From Octopus sinensis (lineage: Eukaryota): 64,000 bases of DNA. A program made the translations under genes and the position numbers. Location of the stretch: the NCBI RefSeq assembly GCF_006345805.1, contig NC_043001.1, positions 99,758,001 through 99,822,000 on the forward strand. Reading direction: 5' to 3'. The notes under the pieces are model-generated. The model ran no database searches and was not told where the DNA came from. It was given only the letters and a program-made list of their open reading frames with translations. Below are positions 26,205-39,014 of this stretch, one piece after another (position 1 is the stretch's first letter; every line of letters begins with the position of its first letter).

Positions 26205-26570
26205 CATTATCCATCCATCCATCTTCTCTGTCCAGAATTCTGGTGAGTACCGATGGGCAGAGTCCTATCAGAAGTGACTATCATTACACTTTCCAGATGG
26301 ATTTCCAAGCACGGCCAACTAAAACTATGTATATTACCCAGCCATCTGGTTCTTTGTCTACCCCTAAGTCTCTTGCCAGTTGGCTTGAAGAAACCATCTT
26401 GCCATTATTTCTCCAGTATTCTAATCACATGTTCTTAGAACCGGATTTGTGATCACTTGATGTAAGTAACGGCTAGACCTGGAGAGACACTCTGCTCCCT
26501 GAGTTATGCACTCTGTTGAGTAATGTTATTCCAGAGATCCTTTAGAGGAGCCCCATTTCAGACACTCTTT
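26205..26570 (-). mobile_element. RTE-clade (Rex3/Expander-like) 3' end
   Basis: EMGLL.RISGITLLNRVHNS..SLQV.PLL; (GGAT)n tail at 26210-26223. Confidence 0.55.
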
Positions 26571-27181
26571 CAGTCATTACTTAACATTCATAACCAGAGG
26601 TGAGAATAGGTATTCTAGTGACACTAAAAATAAAACTGAAATGTTTTAGTTTAATACAGAGAAATTTTAAAACCAAAGAGTGACTAAAAGTTGACCTTAA
26701 GAATATATTCACTCACTGCCATGGGTGAATGGTATATTTGTATAACCAAACATGGAAGTGCTGAGTGAGTTGGTATTTTACCAAAAAGGGAAATCTCAAT
26801 CACAGATCAGTTGCAAAAAGAGATCGGAAGATTGGCTAAATACCCTTGGAACATGGGGGGGAAAAAAGGTAGTCACAAATCTACTACAGTGAGTCAAACC
26901 CAGTAACTCCCAAATTAAGTCTAAGTGACCCTTCATGTTGGCTAAATAAACCACAATGCTAAATAAACTGCATTTAATTTAGTTGTGAACTGACTTAGTG
27001 ATGAAGCCTAGAAGTGCTCATGAGTGACTAAAATTTGACCATAAAAATATATTCACTACAGTGGATGAATGATAGGGGTAATGGCCTCACTCATCTCATC
27101 TGGAAGCAGGATCAAATACTGCAATAGCTTAGAGTTGTGTTGCATTCTCTGTCTCCAAATGTCGTGGTACTTCTACGATAT

Positions 27182-27430
27182 TGTGACGGATGGTTTAGAT
27201 ACACTGTACCAGTGTTGTAACAGTAAACAAGATAACGATGCAGCTGTAATAGCAAAGTAATGAACCAACAATCAATATTCCAAACGAACTAACCAACCGA
27301 GACCTTCAGACTTCACTGAAACTAACACACAAACTTCACTCCGACTGCTACTATTTATAATCACTTGGGTCAGGCTTAGATAATCTACTCCCTATCAACC
27401 CGGTTAAGTATATGTCCCTTTAGAAGCACA
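27182..27430 (-). mobile_element. Possible solo LTR
   Basis: Bounded by TGTG...CACA, ~250 bp, CpG-richer than flanks, TATAAAT on minus at ~27353-27359. No clean TSD. Confidence 0.3.
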
Positions 27431-29699
27431 TATTACCAATTTCAGAAAGTGAGGTGATGGCAGTATCCCAAACACAGCCATTAACTCAGGTTTCTGTTAT
27501 TTTCGCAATCTTTACTAATTGGATCAAATTGATAATGATTGAGAAAGTTTCATATCTCAAAGTAAAGATGCATTGAGCCACTCTCACAAACATTTAAACT
27601 TCTGTTATATCATATCCTGGAAGAAATTGTAAATCTATCATATCTTTCAAAGGAAGATGTGAGAAATTATGAAGTCTGATCTTGTAATTCTGGACTTAAC
27701 AAAGGAGGTGATGAGAGACCACAACAAGAGGCAGAATATTGTGCTGTAGCATACAGGTTCAACTAATACAAATGTAGGGTAAATGGGCATAAAAGGAATA
27801 TGATATGTCTATATATGGCATGGTCTAACAAGAAATCAAGGAGATGGATGGAGCCAGTAGGTACTCATTTTAACTAGAAGATTCTCTGAGACATTGCTTT
27901 TGTCAATAGTTGTAAAACCTCTTGTGCATATCAAAATCTCTTTGGTAGATCTAGCTCTACTGAAATGCTTCTGGTGGCCATATGACAGGGAGAGAGAAAA
28001 GAAGAGCAGAAGCAGGTAAGTGTTTATAAACTTGACAATGAAGCCTTTGCTTCTTAAAATAGGACATACTATTGCATTTCCACAAACTGGGATAGATCTC
28101 AAAGAAAGAAAAACTGAAGAAATTTGTGGTGATTGGAGCTGATAGTTAGGCACAATGAAAGGGATTTTATCAAGACTGGTGTTTCATGTTGCACCTTGCT
28201 GTAAAGGATTTCTAATAATCAATGCCAGTGTTTAAATTTCCAGAATCATCTAAGCCAAAATAAACCAAGTAATCATGGAATGAAAAGAATAGAAATGAGT
28301 TGAGGAGCGAGAAAATAGAGAGCATTTAAGTAAGAATTAATCAATGATAAAAGACATTCTGTTTACTAAGTTCTAACATGAAGCTGGTATCAGTAACTAT
28401 TGTTGTATTACTTCATTAGCGATTTTAAAAACTGTCAGAAAGATGAACTCTGCATTAACAAATGAAGATAAATGTCAGTAATCTACATTAGTTGACCAAT
28501 AGGCATTTAATAAACCCTAATCATTGATATTGAATTTTCAATCTATCTGTCGGCTCCTTCATCCTTATCTAAGTGTGTGTGTGTTTACCTCAATTCACAT
28601 CTATAATATATGTTAAATCACACATTTATTAAATATCATGTACACACTCACACATATTCACAGCCATGTATAAAGCACAGCAAGTTACGTGGGATGTAAA
28701 TACTTATGAGAATAACATGTGCACAAGTGTAGATGTATATTAGTGGATAAGTACATAGATGAATGGTAGATAACTATACATCAGCAATATATATGGACGC
28801 ATTTATGTCACTGCATATATGTGCACATAAATGCATCCTAGGCATATTTACACTCACACTCTACTATGTAATTTCAACAAAATAGACATATACAATTGCA
28901 TACATCCTCTTCATCATTTAGTGTCTGTTTCTCATGCTGGCATGGGTTGGACAGTTTGACTGGAGCTGGTAAACTGGAGATCTACCCAAGGCTCCTGTCT
29001 GTTTTGGCTTGCTTTCTACAGCTGGACACCTTTCCCAGTGCCAAGAAAATAAACAACTAAAAACACACAAAGATATAATTTACAATGAAATGCCTTAAAT
29101 ACAGCAGATAAGACTGATGACATTTTTTCGGTAGGCTACAACCGTTGACTGTTTTCTATGTCTCAGGGCATATTGAAAATATTTAATTGATGCTATAAAG
29201 CTGACCAGATCTATTCAGTTATTAAACTGGCAAGCTTTTTAGAATAATGATAATGGTTTCAAAGTTTGGTACTAAGCTGAGGGAGCAAGTGGATTACATT
29301 GGCACCAGAGCTCAACTGGTGCTTATTTCATTGACTTCAATTGGATGAAAAGCAAAGAGTTTGAACTCACAACAGAAAGAGCAGGAAGATATGATGCTAA
29401 GCCTTTTTTTGATGTGTTAACAATTTTGCCAATAATAATGATAGTAAAAATAAAATCTTTTTTAATCAAAGTTTGGTAAAAAATTCGAGAATGGTAGAGG
29501 GTAAAGAAGTATGGGATAACATAAAAATTGTGTAAATAAGAGAAATAACAATAACAAAAAAAACAAACAAAGAAAAACTCCATAAAAAAGCAAGATCTCC
29601 AAAGACTATTCATAGAAATACCACAAAAACTAGAGTCACCCTGATCACAAAAATAAGTCCCCCTCTTAGGTTGTCCTCCTCATCTGAGCACATGTTCAG

Positions 29700-30494
29700 A
29701 GTAGACCTTTTCTCTCAGGCCACACTCACCACTCATCTACATTTCATGTGCCTCTACCAAGTTTGTGTCCCACCTGCTGAACACTGAGCTGAAAGATCAT
29801 ATGTTCAAGATCTCCATCAGCTGCTGATGACCCAACCTTCATGGTAAAAGCTGAGTCTATGGGTATGACCCTGAGACAAAGCTGCAGTCACCACTATAGA
29901 AGAGCCCTTCATCTCCACAACTGAAGAAGGCACAACAGATCAGCAGCCCAATCAAGAGCATGCTCATCTCCTGCATGTATTGTGCATTGAGAATCCCCCC
30001 ACCCCAGGGCCAGGCCATCAAACCAGAGTTCTTCTGTGATGTTTTGAAGTGTTTGAGGGAGGAGATTTGGTGAAAGTGACCAAATCTGTGGAGCATGAAG
30101 AATTGGATTCTTCACAATGACAACAACAGACTCTGTCACTGAACTTTCTTACTCGTGACTTTCTCACCAAAAACAACATATTATCACTTCCACACTTGCC
30201 CTATTCGCCAGATTTATCCCCTGTGGGCTTCCACCTCTTCTGCAAGATGAAAATGCAGCTCAAAGGTTACTGTTTTAACACTGCTGTTGAGATCCAGAGC
30301 AAATTGCCAAAGCTCCTCCATTTGCTTACAGAAAATGACTTCCAAGCCAGATTCCAAAAGTGACAGGAGTGATGAGACCACTGTATTGCTGTGCAAGGTG
30401 ACTATTTCGAAGGAAACAATGATAAAACTTAGGTAAATAAGTTAGTTTTTATTAATCATAACTCATCCAGGAACTTTTTGACACCACCTCGTAG
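29700..30494 (+). mobile_element. Mariner transposase remnant
   Basis: MTLRQ/YDPETK-like block, KNWILHNDN, LPHLPYSPDLSP..F, VQGDYFEG; terminal GGAACTTTTTGACACCACCTCGTA. Confidence 0.85.
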
Positions 30495-32129
30495 CATCAC
30501 AGTAAAAGCTGTACTGCCAAAAAGACAAAAAAAAAAAAACCCCAAAAATCTTTCCAAATGCAGATTAATGGTCATGCAAGACTAACAGATGTCTCCTCTT
30601 CTTCCTCTATGTATGCATTGGGCTTCTTTTAATTATCATCTACCAAATCCATTCACAAGGCTTTGGTTGGCATTGAGGGATAGCAGGAGATGCTTGCCCA
30701 AAGTGCTGCTTTGTGGGACTAAACCAAAACTAAATGATTGGGAAACATTTTACATTTGATTTCAATTAGTGTGTGTGTGAGCATATGGGGCCTTATCTTG
30801 CAAGTACTTGGTGACCTCACTAGTGCTGGTGCATCATAAAAAGCATCCAATACGCTCTGTGAAGTGGCTGTCATTAGGAAGGACATCCAATTGTAGAAAC
30901 CATGCCAAAACAGACATTAGAACTTGGCACAGCTCTCTGGCTCATCTGTTCGTGTTGAACTGTTCAACCCATATCAGCATAAGAAAAAATAGTATTCAGT
31001 GATGATTATGTTAATGATTTATTTATTTATTCATTTATTTGTTTGTTTTACATCCATTTTCCATGCTAGTATGGGTTGGGTGAGTTGTCACAATCCTAGT
31101 CACCTCACCTTATTGGAGGCTACTGTTCTGAAAGACTTGATGCTTCTACATGTCATTTGACTCTGTTTACATGGCTGGCTGACCTTCCTAATGTCAGCCA
31201 CTTTACAGGGTGTAGCCGGTGCATTTTCTCAGGCTCCAACTCTAGAAAAGTTGAATAATTCTTAGAGACAGGACTGGATTTTTCTCATAACCCTAAAACT
31301 TAGTCAACCCTTTACAGTATGAACAGTGGATGGAGCAGGGCCTTGAACTCAGTAAAAGTAAATTTGGTGAGAAACAATGATGAAAAGGCCAGAAGTGGGT
31401 AACTGAGCAGAGGGGAGTTGATGTAGGAATAGAAAGTACTCATTAAATTAGGAAGACCAAAGAGGAGAATTGGAGAGAAAAAAGAGAAAGAACATTGATA
31501 AACTACTTGATAATATTCTATTTCTGCTTTCCTTCTTTAGTTTCCAAGCCTGACTTTTAGCTTTTATAGTTCTAATTACTATGTCATTCTATTTTTGTGT
31601 TTTGGTTTGGTTGGGACTGTGCACCAGCCACATACCAAGCAATGGGATTTAAGGGGTTTGCAATGGTTCACATGAACCAGACACTAAAATTACCCAAGTA
31701 CGATGAACCAGTTCTTAAATTCTATGACTTATTGACAATGTATCGACTAACTCCTTATAAACACGCTTAGGAAAGAAGCTAAAAGGTGTTGACTTCAATG
31801 GCTAAATGAAATGAAATACAGGAGACTGGCCAGTGCAAGTTATCTCTACAGATATTCTCTAGAAATTATAGCCAGCACTGATTTTGGTCACAATATTCCA
31901 TATCCAAGACATCAGATGTAAACAAACAGTGAGATTGAAGATGAAAAAGGGTAATGGGCAAATATGCCATATTTTGGAAGCTCCTTTTGCTTCTTCATTG
32001 GCACCCATCCAACCTCTCAATCATCCATGAACACATTGTTTTAAATGCACACTAAATACAGCAGTGTAACATTATTGACTATACCAATTTTACATATTAA
32101 ACACATTTTTGGAAGCTGGTACATAAATA

Positions 32130-32350
32130 TTAATGACTTGCACGGATGTGGTATTTCATTATGCAACCACAATATACTATAAAGTGTACTAAACGTTTTT
32201 TAATAAGCCAATACCATGTTCTACTGTGTTAGCAACACCCTTTACATCACTTGTTAAGGTATTCTTCATATTCTGCTAGGAATTCCAACACTTGGAATTT
32301 ATCTTGCCTGATATCATTGGAAGAAGTTTAAAATGCTTTTCAAGCTCTTT
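32130..32350 (-). mobile_element. Possible hAT-type transposase C-terminal remnant
   Basis: SDVKGVANTVEHGIGLLKTFS resembles the V.ND.AERG..L motif. Confidence 0.3.
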
Positions 32351-32879
32351 GACAGTATTTTCTATAACTACATATTTAATTTTGTTCAGTTTTTTGTAAA
32401 AATTTGTTATAAAGTTTCATGAAAATATTTGAATTCACATTTAATCACATTTTACTGTGAAGTTCACCCAAACCACCATTGAATTGCTTGTTTTACTCAT
32501 ATTTTAGTGTTAGTATATTTAATGAAGAGCTACTGTAATAAATAGCCATTCTGTTCATTTAATGCAAGGAATTAATTTTCTTTAATTTTATAGAATCAAA
32601 AGTATCTCATAAAAACAGAAGAGATGACAGCTTTTACACAAAACTTTTCTTTTTCCATCAATTTTTTTAACCAAGGAATGACTGTTCAGTAATTTGCCAC
32701 GACGGGCTTAAGTAGTATTGAAGTATTTTCACAGTGTTTATTCATAGCTTGGACCTCTATAACAAAGCACTTGCAAAATATGAAGAACTTTCTGAAAAAA
32801 TTCAGATTCAAAGCAAGACCAGGATGAAAGCAAACTTTTAGCAACTCCAGTGAGTGATAACCTTTTGAAGCAGGAATTA

Positions 32880-33110
32880 ATTGAAAATCAAACTTTGATG
32901 AAATTTCGTGAAGTTCCTCGGACTGTGCAAGATGAAAGAAGTGCTCTTCCAGATTGCTGGAGTATGAAGGAGGCTGAGGAGTTTAACAACAAAACGATGA
33001 ACTGGTTGTTGTCAACAAGAAACATGGCTGTGATTTTTGCACAAAATTTGAGTTCGTAAGGATTAGTGGAATCCATTTTTCAAAGGAATGGAAAAACAGA
33101 ATGCAATGTT
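32880..33110 (+). mobile_element. hAT transposase N-terminal remnant (KIAA1586-like)
   Basis: LPDCWSMKEAEEFNNK..WLL, frameshift, then GCDFCTKFEFVRISGIHFSKEWKN. Confidence 0.5.
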
Positions 33111-34453
33111 TAAGCACACACAAAAAAAATTTAGTTTGTTCAGCAAGCATCACATGGGGAAAAGAATGAAAGATGAATGACCGTTTTACAACAAAAGTAT
33201 GTAATTTAGGTGTAATGTAACTGAAGAATGCAATTATTGAAAGTATTGATAAAATAAATTAGAAAGTACCAAATGTAAATTATTTGAGTACCAAATTATT
33301 TAAGAACCAAATGTAAAATTGTTAATGGTTTACAGTATATCATTACCATTGTTACTTGGTTATTTACTTGTTTGTTGGTTTATAACTTGCTATTCCACCA
33401 ACAAAACATTTGTAACCTTAAAGAGAGAACTGATTCCTGAAAAACATGAACCACAACACTACCTATATATATGTAGAGAGAGAGAGAGACACACACACAC
33501 ACATGTAGACACATACACACAAACACACCCCAGCCCCAATCTTTGCACTACCAGTTTTCCTGGAACCATGTTCATCCCACTCCCCACTCCCTCATTATCA
33601 TCCCTTTCCACACTGTTTTTACCAATGACTCCTTTTTCTGTTCTTTAAGTTATCTCTCCTTCACCTCTGCCACACCTCATTTTTAATATTTTTCCTGTCT
33701 ACTGTAATTACCAAGGTTCCCTCATACCTGCTATCACTTCAACACTCCTTATAATTGTCCTTATTTACTTCTGGATACCCCTCATTACTTTTACACCTTA
33801 AACATAATCCCTTTACTTTCTGATCTATCCTCTTTCCTGATACACCTATGGCTCTCACCTTCAAATGCGAGGTGCAGAGATACCTCTCATGAACCACCAC
33901 CACTATCTACCTCGCTCCGTTTGTTACTCTACACTCGCATTCTTATGAAATTCCCCACCTCTACCCACCTCCAATCCACTGAATGTCTTCTCTCTTATGC
34001 TCATGTTTTGTACTTTAAGAGTTCATCCTGGCACCTCATCACTACCATCTTTATCGTCTTTCCAGCTACTCACACCCAACCTTATATAACGTGAGGTAAC
34101 CATATATCTCCTCAATAACAAGACACCTGAGCGTGTCTCTCTATCATAATTTAGCCTCTCAACACCAGACATGATGCTGTCTCCCCATCTCTAATAATCC
34201 TTCAACCATTAAGTCAAGGAAGTCTTTTTCCTTTTCTGGCTTTGTAAGTTACTTGGTGATCTCATTAGCACTGGTAAAGTGGTTATCATTAGGAAGGGTC
34301 ATAGAAACCATACCAAAGATGGCATTGGAGCTCAACACACACCAACAGTTTGTCAAATCCTGCTGAACTGTCCAGCCCATGCTAGTATGGATAACTGACA
34401 TTAAATGATGATATATCCACACACACACACACACGCACACTCATACATGTGTG

Positions 34454-34927
34454 TAAAGTAATAAAGTTAATGCCCGGTCATAGAGTGACCAATGGTTTGG
34501 CATTCACATAGGCTGCAGCTTCGTAGACAACACATCAAACTCCTCTGGGAGGTGGAAAGCTGTTCCTCACCAAGAAATCTTCACACTATGCCTCTACTTC
34601 AAGGGCTACCTGCTGCAAACATGGAACTCTCCATTCACTGACTAAGCCTGGAAGAGTCCTTACAGTCCATTAGCAGGCCAAGGGATAGATCCCTTATTCC
34701 CTTCTCCAAATAGCTGCTCTAGGGGAATAACCCATCCACACTAACCCCCAACTTTTTATTCTCTGATGACCGATTGACCGATGACTGTAACAGATTTCCA
34801 CCTCCCAGAGGTGAAGAGTTAAATTTGTCTTCAGACTAGAGTCTGAAGAATCATCCACGAAGCTACAACCTTCGTGGATGTAAAACCATTGGTCACTCTA
34901 TGACCAGACATTAACTTTATTACTTTA
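34454..34927. mobile_element. Inverted-repeat (foldback) non-autonomous element with hammerhead-bearing arms
   Basis: Left TAAAGTAATAAAGTTAATGCCCGGTCATAGAGTGACCAATGGTTT..GGGAGGTGGAAA is the reverse complement of the right arm ..AAACCATTGGTCACTCTATGACCAGACATTAACTTTATTACTTTA; TA at both ends. Confidence 0.85.
34837..34900 (+). ncRNA. Type-I hammerhead ribozyme fold (G12A variant)
   Basis: Stem I TAGAGT/ACTCTA; core CTGAAGA at 34843-34849; stem II CATCCACGAAG/CTTCGTGGATG; AAAA instead of GAAA; stem III ACC-ATT-GGT; cleavage triplet GTC at 34892-34894. Confidence 0.7.
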
Positions 34928-35159
34928 ATACTTTACTGCTCTATACAGTGACAATGCTGAGATCTCCTTCGATCATGACTGACCAAAGGATTGCATCTAG
35001 AAAGTTACCCCCCAGGCACAAGTCCAGGCAAGGTTGTTTATGGAAGGCCAGCAGTCGCCCATGCATGCTGGACTCCCCTCTCCACACGACCAGTGTTATC
35101 CAAGGGAAAGGCAAAGGGGGCCAATACAGCTTGGCACCTGTGACATCATTGCAACTCAT

Positions 35160-35300
35160 TTCTACAGCTGAGTGAACTGGAGCAACATCAAATAAAGTGC
35201 CTTGCTCAAGAACACAACACAGAGCCTGGTCCAGGATTTGAACTCACAACCTCACAATTGTAAGCTCGACGCTCTAACCACTGAGCCATGTGCCTTCACA
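35160..35300 (-). mobile_element. tRNA-derived SINE (second family)
   Basis: Minus strand GGCTCAGTGGTTAGAGCGTCGAGC..GAGTTCAAATCC (A/B boxes), then GTGTTCTTGAGCAAGGCACTT. Related copy at 47460-47560(+). Confidence 0.75.
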
Positions 35301-35379
35301 CAGTGACAATATATATATATATATATATATATGCTTATTTGCTTGTTTACTGCTTACAATGGCTCCTCAAAGGTGCTGA

Positions 35380-36110
35380 CAGCATCAATCCAGGGCAGTC
35401 ATTCTCCTCTGCCTCCAGCATAATGTTTCTCATGGGAGCAGACATGGCTGGCAAGTGTGATATGTGAGAGGCAGATCGTGTGGCACTGTGGGCACTGAAA
35501 GTGACCCTGAACAACAAGATGATGAGGGATATCACCTTCTCTTTATGCAGTCCCTTGCATTCAGTTTGAAAGCCCTCTGCTCAAGCATCACACACAGACT
35601 GCCTTGCCTTCCGATTAACAGCCAGGGCTTGCAACTGATTGAGAGGGATACTGCATAAAATGAGAGAAAACCTGAGAGGATCATGAGGCCTACTTCTGAA
35701 CAAGACCATCTTTGGCAGCCAGTTACCCAGCACCCAAATTACACGGCCATCCCTGCAGAGAAAATGATAAAGGATGCAAGCTTTAGCATTGCAAATCCCA
35801 GACCTCAGAATGACTTTGGTCCAGCCATGTGTGAGCAGGGATACTTTAGGGTGACCTGATGTTGAACACTTTCAGTTGTCTGATCTGGTACTGATAAAGG
35901 GTCCAGCACTCAGACCCATACAAGACAATGGATACACAGACAACTCAATAAAGGAATTTTTGTGCTTGCTCTAAGGTTCTTTTTCTGAAAGACTAGTTTG
36001 CCCAATCTCCTCAAAGATGCAGAGGCCAAGTTAATCTGGCAGATTATCTTTTCATCGAGGAATCCATTGTTGAAGATCATGCCTCTAAGATAGCAAGATA
36101 ACTTTAGTTG
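35380..36110 (-). mobile_element. RTE (BovB-like) LINE C-terminal fragment
   Basis: NNGFLDEKIICQINLASASLRRLGKLVFQKKNLRASTKI..YGSECWTLY. Confidence 0.65.
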
Positions 36111-36234
36111 AGGTTATCATCAGTAAAGACAAGCTGATGGGGGGTGGGTGAGTATAGGAAGGTTGATTGGAGAGCTTCAATTTCTCAATGTATATACACA
36201 TACATGCAAGTGTGTGTGTGTTAGATATATTGAC

Positions 36235-36447
36235 AAAACTGGTATGACTTTGAATCTCTTTAACAATTCAAAATAATGACTTTTATTCCTCTTAATTCTA
36301 CTTCAGTTCATCTAATTGAATATATTTATCATTACTGTTCATAAAAAAGTCTTTATGTTTTTGATATCCAATGTGCATTTTCACTTTTTTTCTTCTTACT
36401 TTCCCCATATCTTTTCTACGTGTAGTTTCTATTTTCTTTTTGAAACA

Positions 36448-36450
<3 letters not shown>
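36235..36450 (+). repeat. Unclassified dispersed repeat
   Basis: ~200 bp co-linear with 49740-49960 (GAATCTCTTTAA.AATT..CAGTTCATCTAATTG..ACGTGTAGTTTCTATTTTC). Confidence 0.7.
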
Positions 36451-36488
<38 letters not shown>

Positions 36489-37394
36489 TAAATGTAAGAT
36501 CCAAGGATGGAGATTTAGGAAGAAGGTGAGCTTCAAGCAATCTGTGGAAAATATAAAAACACCTTTCAGGAACAATAGTGGTTTATTGGGGTGGAAGGTT
36601 GTGGATTTTTTCTTTATTGAAGTACGATAAGCTGAAAAAGGATTTTAATTTTTATGGTAGGCAGCCAGAGTTGTTAGGTATGTGAATAAAAATATGAGAG
36701 TTAATGAATAGAATAGATAAAATCTGAGCTAGATACATTTCATAGTGAGCAGAACCTTTGAAGTGGTGAATATGCAAGCAAGGTGTATACTGCAGGCTAC
36801 TCTTCAGGTCAAGGGTATCTTGATTAAATGAAAGTTTGCATTGTCAGTAGGAGGCACATGTTAATACATGCAAGATTCAATCAGAATGCACGGAGAGCAT
36901 GGTTTGTGAAGAGAAATTAGGGATATAAGGGAAAAATAAAAAAATAAAAATATATATATAAACGAGTGGAAGGGTTACAAGTAAAAAATGTGAGGTCATT
37001 TCACAGGTGATTTTTCAATAGAGCCATTTTAACCAAGTCAGAAAGATAGGAATGGGGAGTATTATTTGAATAGGGTAATATGGTGGGAAGTGGGGAGTAT
37101 TTGTGGTAAAGAGGAAGAAAAATGTGTGCTTGAAGTGATGGTATAGTAGTAAATTTGAAAGTCAAGAGGAAAGGAGGAAGAATGGTAATAATGACTAAAA
37201 TCTAAGAATTAAGGAATGTATATTGTTGAGTGTGAGTGTGTGTACTGTACGAACTAGTAGAGGTGTTTGTAGGTGTAAATTTAGAAAAGGGATGAGGATG
37301 GTGTGGAAGAAGGCAAATTAAGAGAAAGAAAAAATAGATGTAAACAAGAAATAAGGAGTTATAGGGAATATACTGGTGATTAAAGATTTAGTGG

Positions 37395-38100
37395 TTGTGA
37401 GGATACACTGGCCCAGGAGGAGTTGCATTCCCTGAATCAAAATCAATGCATGACCGAGGCATTGGCATGAGTATTGATGCATCTTTCCAGGAGCATATTA
37501 CCAAGTTGGCAATAAAATGCAGATGCTTGGCCAGATGGATCCTTCAAACTTTCAAAACAAGAGAAAAAGAAACCATGAGGGTTCTCTGGAAGACTTTTGT
37601 CCTCAGCCATCTGGATTACTGCTCTCAACTGTGGTCACCAAACAGTGTAAAATTAATGATGGAACTTGAGGCAATCCAGTGAAGTTACACAAAGAAGATT
37701 GGCTCGATGTGACATATCAGCTACTGGGAGAGACCAAAATAGTTAAGACTCTACTACCAGAATGGAGGGGGGAAAGATATGCAGTAATATACAACCGGAA
37801 AATCCTGGAAGGCCTTATACCAAACTTTGGCATTTTCAGTTACACAAACAGCAGGACGGAGTACCACTGTATAGTACCAAAAATCCCAACATTGTCATCA
37901 GGATACAGAGCCAGATACTGCAACAGCGTGGGCTTCAAGGGCCCACAGCTCTTCAATATCCTGCATGGCATGAATGTAGGCATTTTCAAAACAAAATTGG
38001 ATCTCTTCTTGTCAAGAGTTCTGAATGAACCTGCCTCAAGGGAAGAAACATAGTTGAGGGCAGCAACATCAAACTCCCTCATCCACCAAATGTCACATAG
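37395..38100 (+). mobile_element. CR1-group LINE RT C-terminal fragment
   Basis: FQEHITKLAIKCRCLARWILQTFKTR..LSHLDYCSQLWSP..ELEAIQ; ERYAVIY..KILEGLIPN; FKTKLDLFLSRV. Confidence 0.85.
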
Positions 38101-38177
38101 AAGAGGAGGTTTAGTGAAAGTGTAGCAGCAAAAATGGCAGTGCCCACAGTCCTTGGACTTAAACTCAAAAAGACAAT

Positions 38178-38180
38178 GCC

Positions 38181-38243
<63 letters not shown>

Positions 38244-38270
38244 ATGTATGTATGTATGTATGTATGTTCG
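38178..38270. repeat. (TGTC)n(TATG)n compound microsatellite
   Basis: Direct reading. Confidence 0.95.
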
Positions 38271-38418
38271 TTCGTATGTATCAGGCCTGCTTCCCTACAA
38301 CATGGTTCTGGGTTCAATCCCAGTGTGCAGAACCTCGGGCAAGTGTCTTCTACTTTAGCCACAGGCTGACCAAAGTCTTGTGATTGGATTTAGTAGGCGG
38401 AAACTGAAAGAAACCCAT

Positions 38419-38465
<47 letters not shown>

Positions 38466-39014
38466 CGTGTTTGTTTCTTTTTTTGCATCTGGTATTTTAT
38501 TATTGATCTTCTATATAAATCAAGCTGTATCCTTTAATTTGCTGCTTTTCTTTACACAAAATGAGAAGGTACTACACTACAGAACTGCTATTTTAACGAG
38601 TTATATCTATTTATCACTCAAAGAGACACACCTGTATCATTGGATGTTCCTGAATCAGTTGTTAAGTATCACACCCATGAGGGATCGATGCTAGATGTCT
38701 TAAAAGAATTGTAGTGATTAATAAAAACTCTTGTATCTTCCATCTTGTCTCTCATTTACCATATAAATATATGCATATATCAATGTGCGTGTGTGTGTGT
38801 TTGTCCCTCCATCACCACTTCCCAACTGGTTTTCGTGTGTTTATGGACCTGTAACTTAATGGTTCAGCAAAAGATACTAATAGAATAAATACTAAACTTA
38901 AAAAATAAGTCTTGAGGTCAATCAGTTTCACTAAAAAATCCCTTAAATGCAGTGCTCCAGCATGACCACAGTCAAATGTCTTAAAGAATAAAAGAATAAC
39001 AGAATATATATATA

